64,000 bases of DNA from Pirellulales bacterium (GCA_963733035.1 CAVTBU010000005.1:192001-256000), one strand, 5' to 3'; numbered from the stretch's first letter, positions 36,879-48,049 are shown. Made by a program: numbers and translations. The notes: generated from the letters alone by a model not told the origin.

Positions 36879-39740
36879 TTATTTGATCACGAAGTTGACC
36901 ATCCGCCCCGGAACGACGACCACTTTGACAACTGTTTTGCCGGCCAAAAGCTCTGCGATGCGTGAGTCGTCACGGGCCGCCTGCTCCATCGCCTGCTTGT
37001 CCGCACCGGTCGGAACACAAATCCGCGCCCGTAGCTTGCCGTTGACTTGTACGGGAATTTCGATGGAGTCCTCGCGAATTGCCTCGACGTCGAACGAGGG
37101 CCATGGCTCATAAGCAAGCGTATGGATGTGCCCCAATAGGTGCCACAACTCCTCGGCCAGATGCGGAGCCATCGGCGCCAGCAGCAGTACAAACTTTTCC
37201 ATCACCGAGCGAGGCCGAACGTCGCACTTGAAGAAGAAGTTTGTGAACTCCATCAGCTTCGAAATCGACGTATTGAACGCCATCCGCTCAAAGTCTTGCG
37301 TTACACCTTGAATCGTCTTGTGCAGCATGCGATTTTGCTCGACCGTGGGCTCGACGTCCTGAACGGTCGCATTGAGTCCCAGTGTCTCGCTGCGCTCGTC
37401 GACGATCATACGCCAGGCGCGGTCCAAAAAGCCCCGCACGCCATTGACCCCTTCCATGCTCCAGGGCTTGGTGGCCTCCAGTGGTCCCATGAACATTTCG
37501 TAAAGCCGTAGCGAATCGGCACCGTATTCGCGGACCACGTGGTCGGGGTTCACCACATTGCCGCGACTTTTGGACATCTTGTAGGCTCGGCTCTCCAGCC
37601 GCACGTCGGGCTGCTCCTTGAGCACGAAACTCTCGCCGCTTTTGGTTACCTGGTCGAATGCCACGCGAACGGCCTTCACTTCGTCGCCACCCTTGATTAG
37701 CCGTGGATTGGCCTCATCGTCGGTATTCACCGCCGATGCGCTCACCCAGGTGCCGTTGGCGTTCTGATAGCCGGTCAATTCAACTTCGCCCAAAATCATG
37801 CCCTGGTTGACCAGCTTGCGGAACGGCTCGGGCGTGCTCACGTGCCCGCGGTCAAACAGGACCTTATGCCAAAATCGGGCGTAGAGCAGATGCAGCACGG
37901 CGTGCTCGGCGCCGCCGATGTAGATGTCGACCGGCATCCAGGCCTTTTCCACTGCCGGATCGACCAGGGCCTGGTCGTTTTTGGGATCGAGAAACCGCAG
38001 ATAGTACCAACACGAGCCGGCCCATTGCGGCATTGTGTTGGTCTCTCGCTTGTATCGCTTGCCATCGATCGTCGCGTACAGCCAGTCGTCCGGCGCCTGT
38101 TCGAGCGGCGGCTCGGGGTTGCCGTGCGATTGGAAATCGGTCAGTTCCGGCAGATTGACCGGAAGTTCGCCCGGCGGAACCACGCGCATCAGTCCAGTTC
38201 GCTCGCCGGTGTCGTCGAGCTCATGCAAGACGGGGAACGGCTCGCCCCAAAAATGCTGCCGGCTAAACAGCCAATCGCGAAGCTTGTAGTTGACTGCCTC
38301 GGATCCTTGACCCCGCTCGGCCAGATCCTCGGTGATCCGTTGCTTGAATTCGGCGGTCGGCAGGCCGTCGTAGCTGCTGGAGTTGACGCTCGTTCCTTCA
38401 CCCGGAAACACCCCCTTGCCGGCCAACACGTCGTCGCGATCGTTCGCGTCGGGGCCCGGGTCGACGACCGGTACGATCGGCAACTCAAACTGCACGGCGA
38501 ATTCGTAGTCGCGCGTGTCATGCGCGGGCACGGCCATAATCGCGCCCGTGCCGTAGCTGGCCAGCACGTAATCGGCAACCCAAATTGGCACCGGCCTTGA
38601 ATTGACCGGATTGGCCGCGAACGCGCCGGTGAACACACCGGTCTTTTCCTTGGCCAAATCGGTTCGGTCGAGATCGCTTTTGCGCGCGGCCTGTTCGCAG
38701 TACGCCTGCACCTCGGCTGCCTGAGCGGGCCGCGTCAACCGTTTGACGAACGGATGCTCGGGGGCCACGACCATGTACGTGGCGCCAAACAGCGTGTCCG
38801 GACGCGTCGTATAAACGCGGATCACGTCGTCCTCGGGCTGCTCCGGGAAACCCGCAGCGGCGCGATGGTTACGCCAGGCCTTGAACTGCATCGGCGAGGG
38901 CCTGCCCTCGGGCCCCGACTCGTGACCGATGAAGAAATCGACCTCCGCGCCGGTACTACGACCGATCCAGTTGCGCTGTATGGCCTTGATGCTCTCGGAC
39001 CAATCGACGCCGTCCAGATCCTTTACGAGGCGGTCGGCGTAAGCCGTGATCCGGAGCATCCATTGTCGCAGCGGAATCCGCACGACCGGATGGTTGCCAC
39101 GCTCGCTGAGGCCGCCCACGACCTCTTCGTTAGCGAGCACCGTGCCCAGCGCCGGGCACCAGTTGACCGGCGCTTCCGATTGATAGGCGAGCCGATGTGC
39201 GTCCTGATAACGCCGCACGGCCTCTTGTCCGGCGGTTGCTACCTCGGCGGGGATGGGCAACTCGGCAATCGGCCGGCCGCGCTGCTGCTGGCGGTCGAAC
39301 CAGGTATCGAACAGCTCGATAAAGATCCACTGCGTCCAGCGAAAGTAATCGGGATCGGTCGTGACTAGCTCTCGGTCCCAGTCGTAGCTGAAGCCCAGCA
39401 TTTGAAGCTGGCGGCGGAACGTGGCGATGTTTTTTTCGGTGGTAACGCGCGGCGGCGTGCCGGTCTTCTTGGCATGCTGCTCGGCCGGCAGACCGAAGGC
39501 ATCCCAGCCCATTGGGTGCATCACACTGCGGCCCCGCATCCGCAGGTAGCGGCTGATAATGTCGGTGGCCGTATAGCCCTCGGGATGTCCGACGTGAAGC
39601 CCGTCACCACTAGGATAGGGAAACATATCGAGCACGTAGACCTTTTCGCCCACGGGCATACGCGGAGCGGCGAACGTTTTGTGCTCGGCCCAGTAGCGTT
39701 GCCACTTGGGTTCGATGATGGCGGGATTATAGCGGGGCAT
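36879..39740 (-). CDS. leuS: Leucine--tRNA ligase
   Basis: MFPYPSG.GLHVGH, editing YTTRPDT and [41 protein letters not shown]. Confidence 0.98.
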   Translation of the reverse strand: MPRYNPAIIEPKWQRYWAEHKTFAAPRMPVGEKVYVLDMFPYPSGDGLHVGHPEGYTATDIISRYLRMRGRSVMHPMGWDAFGLPAEQHAKKTGTPPRVTTEKNIATFRRQLQMLGFSYDWDRELVTTDPDYFRWTQWIFIELFDTWFDRQQQRGRPIAELPIPAEVATAGQEAVRRYQDAHRLAYQSEAPVNWCPALGTVLANEEVVGGLSERGNHPVVRIPLRQWMLRITAYADRLVKDLDGVDWSESIKAIQRNWIGRSTGAEVDFFIGHESGPEGRPSPMQFKAWRNHRAAAGFPEQPEDDVIRVYTTRPDTLFGATYMVVAPEHPFVKRLTRPAQAAEVQAYCEQAARKSDLDRTDLAKEKTGVFTGAFAANPVNSRPVPIWVADYVLASYGTGAIMAVPAHDTRDYEFAVQFELPIVPVVDPGPDANDRDDVLAGKGVFPGEGTSVNSSSYDGLPTAEFKQRITEDLAERGQGSEAVNYKLRDWLFSRQHFWGEPFPVLHELDDTGERTGLMRVVPPGELPVNLPELTDFQSHGNPEPPLEQAPDDWLYATIDGKRYKRETNTMPQWAGSCWYYLRFLDPKNDQALVDPAVEKAWMPVDIYIGGAEHAVLHLLYARFWHKVLFDRGHVSTPEPFRKLVNQGMILGEVELTGYQNANGTWVSASAVNTDDEANPRLIKGGDEVKAVRVAFDQVTKSGESFVLKEQPDVRLESRAYKMSKSRGNVVNPDHVVREYGADSLRLYEMFMGPLEATKPWSMEGVNGVRGFLDRAWRMIVDERSETLGLNATVQDVEPTVEQNRMLHKTIQGVTQDFERMAFNTSISKLMEFTNFFFKCDVRPRSVMEKFVLLLAPMAPHLAEELWHLLGHIHTLAYEPWPSFDVEAIREDSIEIPVQVNGKLRARICVPTGADKQAMEQAARDDSRIAELLAGKTVVKVVVVPGRMVNFVIK

Positions 39741-40019
39741 AAAGTCAGCGTCGCAATGGAGAACCGGGATTCAAGACCGCTCGCCAGACCACATCCTGGA
39801 TCGCTCCGGCGAGCGAGCAGAGAAGTACGCGATTTTAATGAGTTGCGATCGAATCGGCAAACCTAACCCGTTATGCGGAAGTTGGTTCGGAAGGCTCGAC
39901 CACTGCGCGAACATCCGGCGAGCTGCAGGTGGTTCGGATGCGCACGGCACCAAAACTGCTAAAATCAGCGCTCCAATAAGCTGCAAACCTTGTCGTTGAG
40001 CCCTGTCTGGCGGATTTCC

Positions 40020-41900
40020 ATGCCCCGTCCCGAAAACGAAGCTGAAATTCAGAAGACCTTCACGCTGGCCCTGCTGGTAGTGGCCGTCCTCGCGCTCTAC
40101 TTCGCGGCCGATGTGCTGATGCCGCTGGCGCTGGCGATTTTACTGACGTTCATTTTGGCGCCGGTCGTTACACGGCTGGAACGCTGGCATTTGGGGCGCG
40201 TACCCTCGGTGCTGCTGGCCGTGGGCGCGGCCTTCGCGCTGGTTTTCAGCGTCGGCTGGATCGTCGGCAATCAGATGGTCGACCTGGCTTCGGAAACGAA
40301 CAACTACCGCAACAATATCGTTTCGCGAATCCAGTACTTCAAGCGGACCGAGACTGGTCCGCTCTCGAAGCTGGAGCGGTTGCTCACGCAGTTCAACACT
40401 GAAATCACCGAACCGGTTCGAAAGCAAATGGACACCGCAGCCGATAAGGCGGCCCAAGAGGTCGGTGCCGGAGCGATCACCGACAACCACGCGGCCGCCG
40501 AACGGCAGCCCAAACCGGTGCCGGTGCAGATTGTTCAGCCGCAATTCTCTCCCTATACAATTCTTACCGGTATCCTTCCCGGGGCGTTCGGATGGCTGGC
40601 AACCGCCGGCATCGTGATTGTGTTTGCGATCTTCATGTTGCTCGAGCGGGAGGACATGCGCAATCGGCTGATCCGCCTGACTGGCCCCAATCAAATCACC
40701 GTCACGACGCAGGCGCTCGACGACGCCGGCCGCCGGGTCGGCAAGTACCTCCGGATGCAACTCATCATCAATGCCAGTTACGGCGTGATGATCTCGCTGG
40801 GACTCTACCTCATCGGTTTGCCCAACGCCTTGACGTGGGGCCTTTTCGCCGGGCTGCTCCGCTACTTGCCGTACGTGGGCCCGTGGATCGGAGCGAGTGT
40901 CGGCATTCTGATTTCACTGGCAGTATTCAACACCTGGACTGAGCCGCTACTGACATTTGGACTGTTCGTAATTGCCGAACTGGTCGTCAACAACATGATG
41001 GAGCCGGTGCTGTATCATTCCAGCACCGGTATTTCCACGGTCGGCATTTTGGCCGCGGCGCTGTTCTGGACCTGGCTGTGGGGGCCCGTCGGGCTGTTGC
41101 TGGCCACGCCGCTAACAGTGTGCATTGCGGTTATCGGACGCTACGTGCCGAATCTTCGATTCTTGAACGTGTTGCTGAGCGACGAAACAGCCTTGCCGCC
41201 CGGAGCCCATCTTTATCAGCGGCTGCTAGTCAGTGACGAGGAGGAATCGCGCGAATTGGTCGAAGAGTTTCTTAAGGAGCATTCCGTCGACGAGTTGTTC
41301 GAGCAAGTGATGGTACCCGCCCTGATCCTCACGGAACAGGACGCCCATCGGGGGCAGCTCGACGAGACGCGCCGCCAATACATTCTGGAGAATCTGCACG
41401 ATCTGCTCGACGAGTTGCCCGAATTGAGTCCGCATGCGATTGAGGATTCCACAGAGCCCTTGCCGCAAGCCTCAAGGGCGGTGTTGATTGTGGCGGCGCA
41501 CGATCTGGCGGACGAAATCGCCGGACAAATGCTGCTCTGGCCACTGCAAGAACGCGGCATCGAGGCAACGCTACTTTCTCACAAGTTGCTGTTCAGCGAG
41601 GTCGTCGAACAGATCACCCGCGCCGCGTCGCCGCTGGTGGTCATTTCGGCCGTGCCGCCGTTCGCGGTGCGGCACGCCCGCAACCTTACCAAGCGACTGC
41701 GAGCGCGGATGGAGGGGGTGAAAATCATCATCGGACTCTGGAACCAGCAAGAACATAGCAAGCGTACAGACATGCGGCTGACTTCGGCCGGCAGCGAGCG
41801 GGTGATCGATCGCCTGTCGCAGGCAGTTGAAATCATCGAACGCCATATTCCAGCCAGGCGCAGAACAACCGACACGGCCGTCGAAGCAGGCACCGATTAA
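40020..41900 (+). CDS. AI-2E family transporter with C-terminal soluble domain
   Basis: PLALAILLTFILAP, EREDMRNRLIRL, YLRMQLIIN, LRYLPYVGP, FWTWLWGPVGLLLATPLT. Soluble C-terminus of about 230 aa. Confidence 0.9.
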   Translation: MPRPENEAEIQKTFTLALLVVAVLALYFAADVLMPLALAILLTFILAPVVTRLERWHLGRVPSVLLAVGAAFALVFSVGWIVGNQMVDLASETNNYRNNIVSRIQYFKRTETGPLSKLERLLTQFNTEITEPVRKQMDTAADKAAQEVGAGAITDNHAAAERQPKPVPVQIVQPQFSPYTILTGILPGAFGWLATAGIVIVFAIFMLLEREDMRNRLIRLTGPNQITVTTQALDDAGRRVGKYLRMQLIINASYGVMISLGLYLIGLPNALTWGLFAGLLRYLPYVGPWIGASVGILISLAVFNTWTEPLLTFGLFVIAELVVNNMMEPVLYHSSTGISTVGILAAALFWTWLWGPVGLLLATPLTVCIAVIGRYVPNLRFLNVLLSDETALPPGAHLYQRLLVSDEEESRELVEEFLKEHSVDELFEQVMVPALILTEQDAHRGQLDETRRQYILENLHDLLDELPELSPHAIEDSTEPLPQASRAVLIVAAHDLADEIAGQMLLWPLQERGIEATLLSHKLLFSEVVEQITRAASPLVVISAVPPFAVRHARNLTKRLRARMEGVKIIIGLWNQQEHSKRTDMRLTSAGSERVIDRLSQAVEIIERHIPARRRTTDTAVEAGTD

Positions 41901-41916
41901 CGCTCGGCACAGCCCG

Positions 41917-43605
41917 TCATTCGTCCCACGGGCTGGTTGGCCCGGGCACTTCCGCTGCTGTTTTGGCGAGTTGGGCATCCTCTTCGGCCACGCGAACTGG
42001 CTTGGCGACGCGGCGTTGCGTGAGCTCTCGAGCGATGCTCGGCAGATTGCATCCCCAGATCACCACGGCTGCCACTGGCAATAGCGTTGCCAGCCAGCTT
42101 CCCACCTGCACGGGAATACCACCATCGACGCAGTACTCCCAGAGCGTCCAAACCGGATTCGTAATTTGCATCAGCGTGTAATCGGCGTTGCGCGTCGCCG
42201 GATTGGTGATTTGCAGCACCCAGGGACCGCCGGCGCCAATCATCAGCAGCAACACGGAAACGAGGATACGGACCGTCAGCCGAACCTCGTCGTAGCGCCG
42301 GATCGCCGCCAGGATTAGCTTGCTTAGGCCCAGGTAGATGGCCAGGTAACTCGTGGCCACGATGCACGCCTCGGAAACCTCGCCCAAGGTATTCGATTGT
42401 GCGATCGGGGTTTGTGAACTGCCTGCGGCGGCCGCCTGGGCAAGCTCGGCCACAAACGGCGAGCATATCGCCCCGGTCATCACGGTGAGCATCAACATGC
42501 TGGACAGCAGCAACATATAGCCGGTACCGGGCCCAGGCGTGAACCAGATCAGCAGGGCGCGTCCTAAAACGCTCTGCGGCAGACCACGCCTCACGCGCGG
42601 CGAAAGTTCGGTGGACTCACCGAGCATAATCGTGCCCGCGATGAACCATCCGATCGTGCTCAGCAAGATCAATCCATAGATCATGTCCTCATCTTGCCGC
42701 AACGTCGCCCAGCCGAACCATCCCACGGCCGTGAGCTGCGCCACGACGAGCGACACCCGTAATGCCGTCGAACGATTTTGAGCAACCGACATGAGCATCG
42801 CGCGAGCCGAGAGAAAGACGATGGCAAACGCGTTGCCATAGAACAGCGCGCCCGCCACGTTGATCTCCCAAAACTCAGCGCTCTCGACCAACGTGCCCTC
42901 GGTGGCAATCATCCCGAATATGACAATCACGGTCATGAAGAAGATGTAGACGAGCAGCACGGCGAAGAGCACGCCCTGGATAATATGCCGCTGCCGTGAG
43001 GAAGACAACGTCGCCAGCAGCAGCCCCAGCATCGCCATTCCCAAGGCAACGAAACAGGTATAGACCACCACCAGGAGGACCGTGAAGATATCCAAACCAC
43101 GCAGCAGATAGGTGAAGGCCAGGCACGGAAACAACGCCGACAGATAGACGACCATCTGCATGCCAATGCCGCACAGCTTTCCCACCAGGATTTTGGTGGA
43201 ATCCAGCGCGGTGATCGATACCAACTCGTACGTGCGATCGTGGCGCTCGGAGGCCAGCGAGTTGTAAGCGAAATAGGGAATCACCACCAACAGAGGCGCC
43301 GCCAGGATGATGTAGTAGATGTAAAACATCGACGGACCGGTGGCGTTGTAGTAGGCCGCCGGCCCCAACAGCGCCAATCCCATCATCGACCAGGTCCAAC
43401 CGGCCGCCAGCATCAGAAAGAACGTGGTGGTAAACTGCCGGCTGCGCAGCGCCTGTCGCGCCTCCTTGACTAAGATCGGATTCAGTCGATCGGACTGTCG
43501 CCCCAGCCATTCCTCGAACCGCTGCCAGCGGGTATCTGGCAGCACCTCGACGATTTCGACCAGGCGCGCATCGGGATTTGAAATCGGCTGGTCGATGGAA
43601 GTCAT
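41917..43605 (-). CDS. ABC-2 type transporter permease
   Basis: LNPILVKEARQALRSR, SLASERHDRTYELV...ILVGKL. Many TM helices. Confidence 0.85.
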   Translation of the reverse strand: MTSIDQPISNPDARLVEIVEVLPDTRWQRFEEWLGRQSDRLNPILVKEARQALRSRQFTTTFFLMLAAGWTWSMMGLALLGPAAYYNATGPSMFYIYYIILAAPLLVVIPYFAYNSLASERHDRTYELVSITALDSTKILVGKLCGIGMQMVVYLSALFPCLAFTYLLRGLDIFTVLLVVVYTCFVALGMAMLGLLLATLSSSRQRHIIQGVLFAVLLVYIFFMTVIVIFGMIATEGTLVESAEFWEINVAGALFYGNAFAIVFLSARAMLMSVAQNRSTALRVSLVVAQLTAVGWFGWATLRQDEDMIYGLILLSTIGWFIAGTIMLGESTELSPRVRRGLPQSVLGRALLIWFTPGPGTGYMLLLSSMLMLTVMTGAICSPFVAELAQAAAAGSSQTPIAQSNTLGEVSEACIVATSYLAIYLGLSKLILAAIRRYDEVRLTVRILVSVLLLMIGAGGPWVLQITNPATRNADYTLMQITNPVWTLWEYCVDGGIPVQVGSWLATLLPVAAVVIWGCNLPSIARELTQRRVAKPVRVAEEDAQLAKTAAEVPGPTSPWDE

Positions 43606-44546
43606 TGCACGAGCCCCTCGGTGACCCGCATGAAAACGTCTTCGAGGCTTTCCACCCGGCTACCGAAGGCCACGACGCGAAAGCCCGACGTGACGACCTG
43701 GCGCAACAAGTCGGCCTCGAAATCCTGGTCGCTCTCGTGGTGAAACTCAACTAGGTCGCCGTCGCGATTGACGTCGTGCAGGTCATCGCGCTGCGCGAGC
43801 CAATTGCAGATGCCCTCGGCGTCGGCCAACACGCGAAGTTGCACGGTGCGGTGGGTCTGCCGGGCCCGATGAATCTCGTCCACGGTGCCGACTGCCAGTA
43901 GCCGTCCCTGCTCGATAATCGCCACGGTGTCGCACATTTCGGCCAATTCGGTAAGGATGTGCGAACTCACCAAAATTGCCTTGCCGTCGGCCGCCAACTG
44001 ACCGATCATCTCGCGCAGTTGAATCCGGGCCCGTGGGTCCAGTCCAGCGGCCGGCTCGTCCATGATCAGCACTGAAGGATCGTGGATGATAGCGCGGCCC
44101 AGGCAAAGTCGCTGCTTCATCCCCTTGGACAGCGAATCAATCGCTTTGGCACGCAGACCATCGAGCTTCGTGAAGCTCATCACGTATTGCACAGCCCGCA
44201 GGCGTTCTGCTCCCATCAACCCGTAGGCGCGTGCGAAGAAGTCGAGGTACTCCTCCACGAGAATCGCGGGCTGCGTATCGAAGTAGTCGGGCATGAAGCC
44301 AATTCGCCGCCGCACACGTTCGGGGTCCTGGGTGACTGAAAAACCGTCGATAAAGGCGTCGCCTTCAGACGGCATGTCGAGTGTGGCCAGAATGCGCATG
44401 CTGGTGGTCTTGCCGGCGCCGTTGGGGCCGATGTAGCCAAACACGTGACCCCGCGGGACCTGAAAGCTAACGTCGTCGACCGCCTTCACCGTGCCGAACC
44501 GGCGGTGCAAGTGGAGCAGTTCAATTTGTGGATGCGACGTAACCAT
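43602..44546 (-). CDS. ABC transporter ATP-binding protein
   Basis: Walker A GPNGAGKT, signature LSKGMKQR, Walker B IMDEP, SSHIL. Confidence 0.95.
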   Translation of the reverse strand: MVTSHPQIELLHLHRRFGTVKAVDDVSFQVPRGHVFGYIGPNGAGKTTSMRILATLDMPSEGDAFIDGFSVTQDPERVRRRIGFMPDYFDTQPAILVEEYLDFFARAYGLMGAERLRAVQYVMSFTKLDGLRAKAIDSLSKGMKQRLCLGRAIIHDPSVLIMDEPAAGLDPRARIQLREMIGQLAADGKAILVSSHILTELAEMCDTVAIIEQGRLLAVGTVDEIHRARQTHRTVQLRVLADAEGICNWLAQRDDLHDVNRDGDLVEFHHESDQDFEADLLRQVVTSGFRVVAFGSRVESLEDVFMRVTEGLVQ

Positions 44547-44556
44547 GGGAGGCGGA

Positions 44557-46695
44557 TTACCAGGTGCCGTGAATGACATGCAAGCTTTGAGTTTCAGTCA
44601 AGCCGTCCATGCCTGTCGCGATTTCCTCCGGTCGATCGACGATGGCCACGTAGCTGCGAGGTGCCAAGGAGCCGCTACCGATATCGGTCTTCAAGCGCAC
44701 CAGCCCCACTTCCAACGCGCTCTCGCTGGTGATAATGCTGATGTTGCCATAGAAGTAATTGCGGGGCCCGAATGAAAGCCAATTCTCGCGGGCGCCGTAG
44801 GCGTTCATTGCATCGGGAAAGGCCGGCTCATTCACCCCCACGGCTTGCGAGAACTGACGGCGGACCGACTCGGCTTCCGCGCCCGATTCCAGCGGCACTA
44901 ATTTCGCCTGCCCGTCGCGGTCGATGTTGCTGGCCCGATGCCAAAGTCCGGCGTCGTCGACCACCAGCAAGTCGCGAATGCGGGCCCCCAATCGATTCTT
45001 GACGGAATGCCGCTTGCCACCGCCAGGGGAGTTGATGTCCAGCCCGCGTTTGCTCGTATGTGCCCGCGCAGTGACGTACTGCGTGGGATTGCGCGAACCG
45101 AGCCAGCCGCGGGTAAGGTATTCCTGGCGCCCCCACAGCATCATTCGACCGCGCTCACGTGTTGAACTGGGTGCCAGTTCCAGCGGCGTCACCAGCGTGC
45201 CGAGGGGAAATGTCAATCCCGACGAGGGTGCCAGTCCCACGTAGTACGAAAGCCGAGCGATACTCGCGCTTTCGCCGCTACGTTGATCGAGGTGGGTCAA
45301 GCTGCGTGCCCGGATGCGGGATACGAGGCCGTCGGACATTAGGGCATACGACAGCAAGCCGCCACTGGTAATCAGCGCCGCCAACGGCACGGAGAAGAGA
45401 AACAAATGTAGCCGGCCGCTACGTCTGAGGAACCAGTAGTTCAACGGCCCGATCACCACCACGAACAGCGTGATCAGCACGCGATAGGTGCGAATCGGAG
45501 GGAGCCCGACGTCACTAATCAGAAAGTCGTTGAAGTGGGGATTTTCGCCGTCGGGCACGGTGCCGTTACGCGTTGTCCAGCGCGAAGAGGTCGTTCCCAG
45601 CGATTCGAACAGCCACCGCCAGTTTGCCTCCTGGCCGGGAAACGGCTGCGAGTCGGCCAGGGCAACCACCTGACCAAACCCAACCGCCTTCCATAGGAAC
45701 GGCGGCTTGGACGGCACTGTGGGCAAGGCACCTGGCGCCGTTTGTCCACTCGCGCCCGTGTTCGATTGACTGGCCACAAAAGCGGCGGCGGCACCGATCG
45801 CCGGTATCACCTTGTCTTCGAATACCTGGGCCTCTGCTGCATCCCAACCGCGATGCGGCCGCCCCTCCTCCGTCTTCGAGGCGGGCACTTTGAGCAACTG
45901 TTCGATTTCTGGTAACCCGCGCCAGTCGCGATGGGCGCCGTAGACGCATAAACTCCCGCCGCAGCGCGTCCACTCGTCAATGGCTCGCCATACTTTGGGC
46001 TGCTTAGACGCCAAATCGCGAGCATCGTCCAGCGACAACATGATGAAATCAAGGGCGCTGTAACACAGCCATTCATCATGGAGCTGATTCGGGTCACGGT
46101 GCGCGAACGAAAAGACGTCCTTGAGCTGGCCGAAGTTGATCGTGTTTCCGTAAGTCAGGAATGGCGGTGCTCCCAAGAATGCGAACTCGGAAACGTCCGG
46201 CACGCTGGTCCCCACGAAAAGGATCCGCGGCACGCTGGCATCGCCACCCCAATACTGGCCGCTTCCCAGCCCCATATTCGAAATTGACAACTCTTCAATT
46301 TCCCGCCCATGGGACAGGGTCCTGACGCTGAAAGTCTGCGCGGAGGCCGTTTGCGGCACAAGCACGACCTTTTCCACGCTCTTGCTGCCGGCGGGCAACA
46401 CAATATCGGTGGCGACAGTAGCGACACTATTGTTGCCCCAACCTCCTAAGGACAGCTCGATCCGGAGCGGGATGTCGTTGCGCGCGGGACTTAAAAAATT
46501 CACCTCAACACGCATCGGCCGAAGCCCGTAGCCTTGGACCCAGTCGGTGTCGACGGTGATGCTCAAGCCACGGAAGTGCTGACCTGTGACGGGCAAGTTC
46601 ACCGCGGTGGCCGTGCCGGCCTGGGCGCGAGGGCAAGCAATCAACATCGCCGTCAGTGCGGCTAAGATCGCCCAAGCTGTCGCCAGGCATCGCAT
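44557..46695 (-). CDS. Large membrane-anchored hypothetical protein associated with ABC exporter
   Basis: Signal peptide, a GATase-like central segment (AIDEWTRCGG.L; GFGQV), and a TM pair LFVVVIGPLNY...LFSVP. Confidence 0.75.
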   Translation of the reverse strand: MRCLATAWAILAALTAMLIACPRAQAGTATAVNLPVTGQHFRGLSITVDTDWVQGYGLRPMRVEVNFLSPARNDIPLRIELSLGGWGNNSVATVATDIVLPAGSKSVEKVVLVPQTASAQTFSVRTLSHGREIEELSISNMGLGSGQYWGGDASVPRILFVGTSVPDVSEFAFLGAPPFLTYGNTINFGQLKDVFSFAHRDPNQLHDEWLCYSALDFIMLSLDDARDLASKQPKVWRAIDEWTRCGGSLCVYGAHRDWRGLPEIEQLLKVPASKTEEGRPHRGWDAAEAQVFEDKVIPAIGAAAAFVASQSNTGASGQTAPGALPTVPSKPPFLWKAVGFGQVVALADSQPFPGQEANWRWLFESLGTTSSRWTTRNGTVPDGENPHFNDFLISDVGLPPIRTYRVLITLFVVVIGPLNYWFLRRSGRLHLFLFSVPLAALITSGGLLSYALMSDGLVSRIRARSLTHLDQRSGESASIARLSYYVGLAPSSGLTFPLGTLVTPLELAPSSTRERGRMMLWGRQEYLTRGWLGSRNPTQYVTARAHTSKRGLDINSPGGGKRHSVKNRLGARIRDLLVVDDAGLWHRASNIDRDGQAKLVPLESGAEAESVRRQFSQAVGVNEPAFPDAMNAYGARENWLSFGPRNYFYGNISIITSESALEVGLVRLKTDIGSGSLAPRSYVAIVDRPEEIATGMDGLTETQSLHVIHGTW

Positions 46696-46819
46696 CGGGT
46701 CTGTTCCTCGTCCCGAGATTGAATCGTTGGGCGCCAATTACGGCAGCGCTCAGTCTGGACGTGAATTGATTGTTATCGGGCCACTACTGCTCTGTTGGTC
46801 CCACCGAAACACGGGTTTG

Positions 46820-47056
46820 CTAGTTCTGCCTCGATTGCACGGCACTTGATCGGTTCTTCTCAAAAACGCCGACCCCTCGCACGACGGCGAACAGAACAAT
46901 CTGAATCGCCGCCAACACAATTGCGCCTGCCAGGGCCAAGACCAACCCCACTGCCCATATATAACCGCGCGATGCTACGACGGGTACCAAGCACAACACG
47001 GCACATACCGTGACGATCAGCAGCAGGCGGCGTAGTGAGAATTGGGGGGTGAGCAT
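46820..47056 (-). CDS. Small membrane protein with planctomycete 'QFSLRxLL' N-terminal motif
   Basis: MLTPQFSLRRLLLIVTVCAVLC followed by a second TM helix. Confidence 0.7.
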   Translation of the reverse strand: MLTPQFSLRRLLLIVTVCAVLCLVPVVASRGYIWAVGLVLALAGAIVLAAIQIVLFAVVRGVGVFEKNRSSAVQSRQN

Positions 47057-47287
47057 CAACCTTGATTGTGCCCCTCCTGCGCAGCAATACAAGCGTTTTG
47101 GAGCAGGAACGTGCAAAAATCCGATCGCTATCGGCGGACCGACCCGGCTTGCCTGCGGATTTGCGGCAGTCCCGACCGGCCGGTAGGATAACGCTCGTAC
47201 CTTGAACGCGCAGTTTCAATCCATTTTATTTATACGCTCGTCCCGGTACCGCGAACTGCCCACCATCTTTTACTTTCGGATGCCATC

Positions 47288-48049
47288 ATGACGGATCACA
47301 CTTCGACGCGCCGCGAGTTCAACACCCAGGCTCTGGCTTCGCTCGTGACGTTTTCGCTCCTCGAAACGCTGTTTCGTCACGACCTGTTCGCTGATGCGGT
47401 GCGTCCCAATGCCGTCCGCTGGTTGGCCGACATAAACCAGCTAGGGCTCGACCTCAAGGGCCAGGCGATCGAACAACTTGCCTGGCAGAAAAAAGTCGAG
47501 CAGCTGTTGCCGCAGGTGGACCTGACCTCGCTGCTGGAATTAATCGATTTCGATCGGGTTACCTCGCGCGTCAAGCTGGCCGAGCGAGGCGAACGCAGCT
47601 ACCGCTTCAGTTTTCCCAAAGTTGAAGGTGTGCCAACCGAGCTTAGTTTCGGCAAGCAGATCTTCGGGCTCAAGAAAGGCCGCTCGGTTGTGCCTCACGG
47701 ACATAACAATATGGCCACGGCGTTCTTGATTCTGAAAGGAGAGTTGCGCGGACGGCACTACGATCGCGTGCAGGATGAAGCCGAGCATATGATCATCCAG
47801 CCCACGGTCGATCGCGCGTTCAAAGCTGGCGAATGTTCGACGGTGTCGGACTACAAAGACAACGTGCATTGGTTCCAGGCACAAACGGAACCGGCCTTTA
47901 TCTTCAATCTGCATGTGCTGGACGTGAAGCCGGGCAGCACGCTGCCTACCGGACGTGTCTACATCGACCCGGCTGGTGAGTCGCTGGCGGGCGGACTGAT
48001 TCGATCTCGCCGCATCGGCTACAAGGAGGCCAATCAGCTTTACGGCTGA
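47288..48049 (+). CDS. Cupin-fold protein with thiol-dioxygenase-like 3-His motif and Tat-like leader
   Basis: STRREF leader. VVPHGHNNM...KGELRGRHYD...DNVHWFQA. Confidence 0.7.
   Translation: MTDHTSTRREFNTQALASLVTFSLLETLFRHDLFADAVRPNAVRWLADINQLGLDLKGQAIEQLAWQKKVEQLLPQVDLTSLLELIDFDRVTSRVKLAERGERSYRFSFPKVEGVPTELSFGKQIFGLKKGRSVVPHGHNNMATAFLILKGELRGRHYDRVQDEAEHMIIQPTVDRAFKAGECSTVSDYKDNVHWFQAQTEPAFIFNLHVLDVKPGSTLPTGRVYIDPAGESLAGGLIRSRRIGYKEANQLYG

Noticed and set aside
39741..40019. T-box/attenuator upstream of leuS, or the 71-aa ORF 39771-39986
   Set aside because: No T-box consensus or terminator/antiterminator is visible. The ORF has no support and occupies a divergent promoter region.
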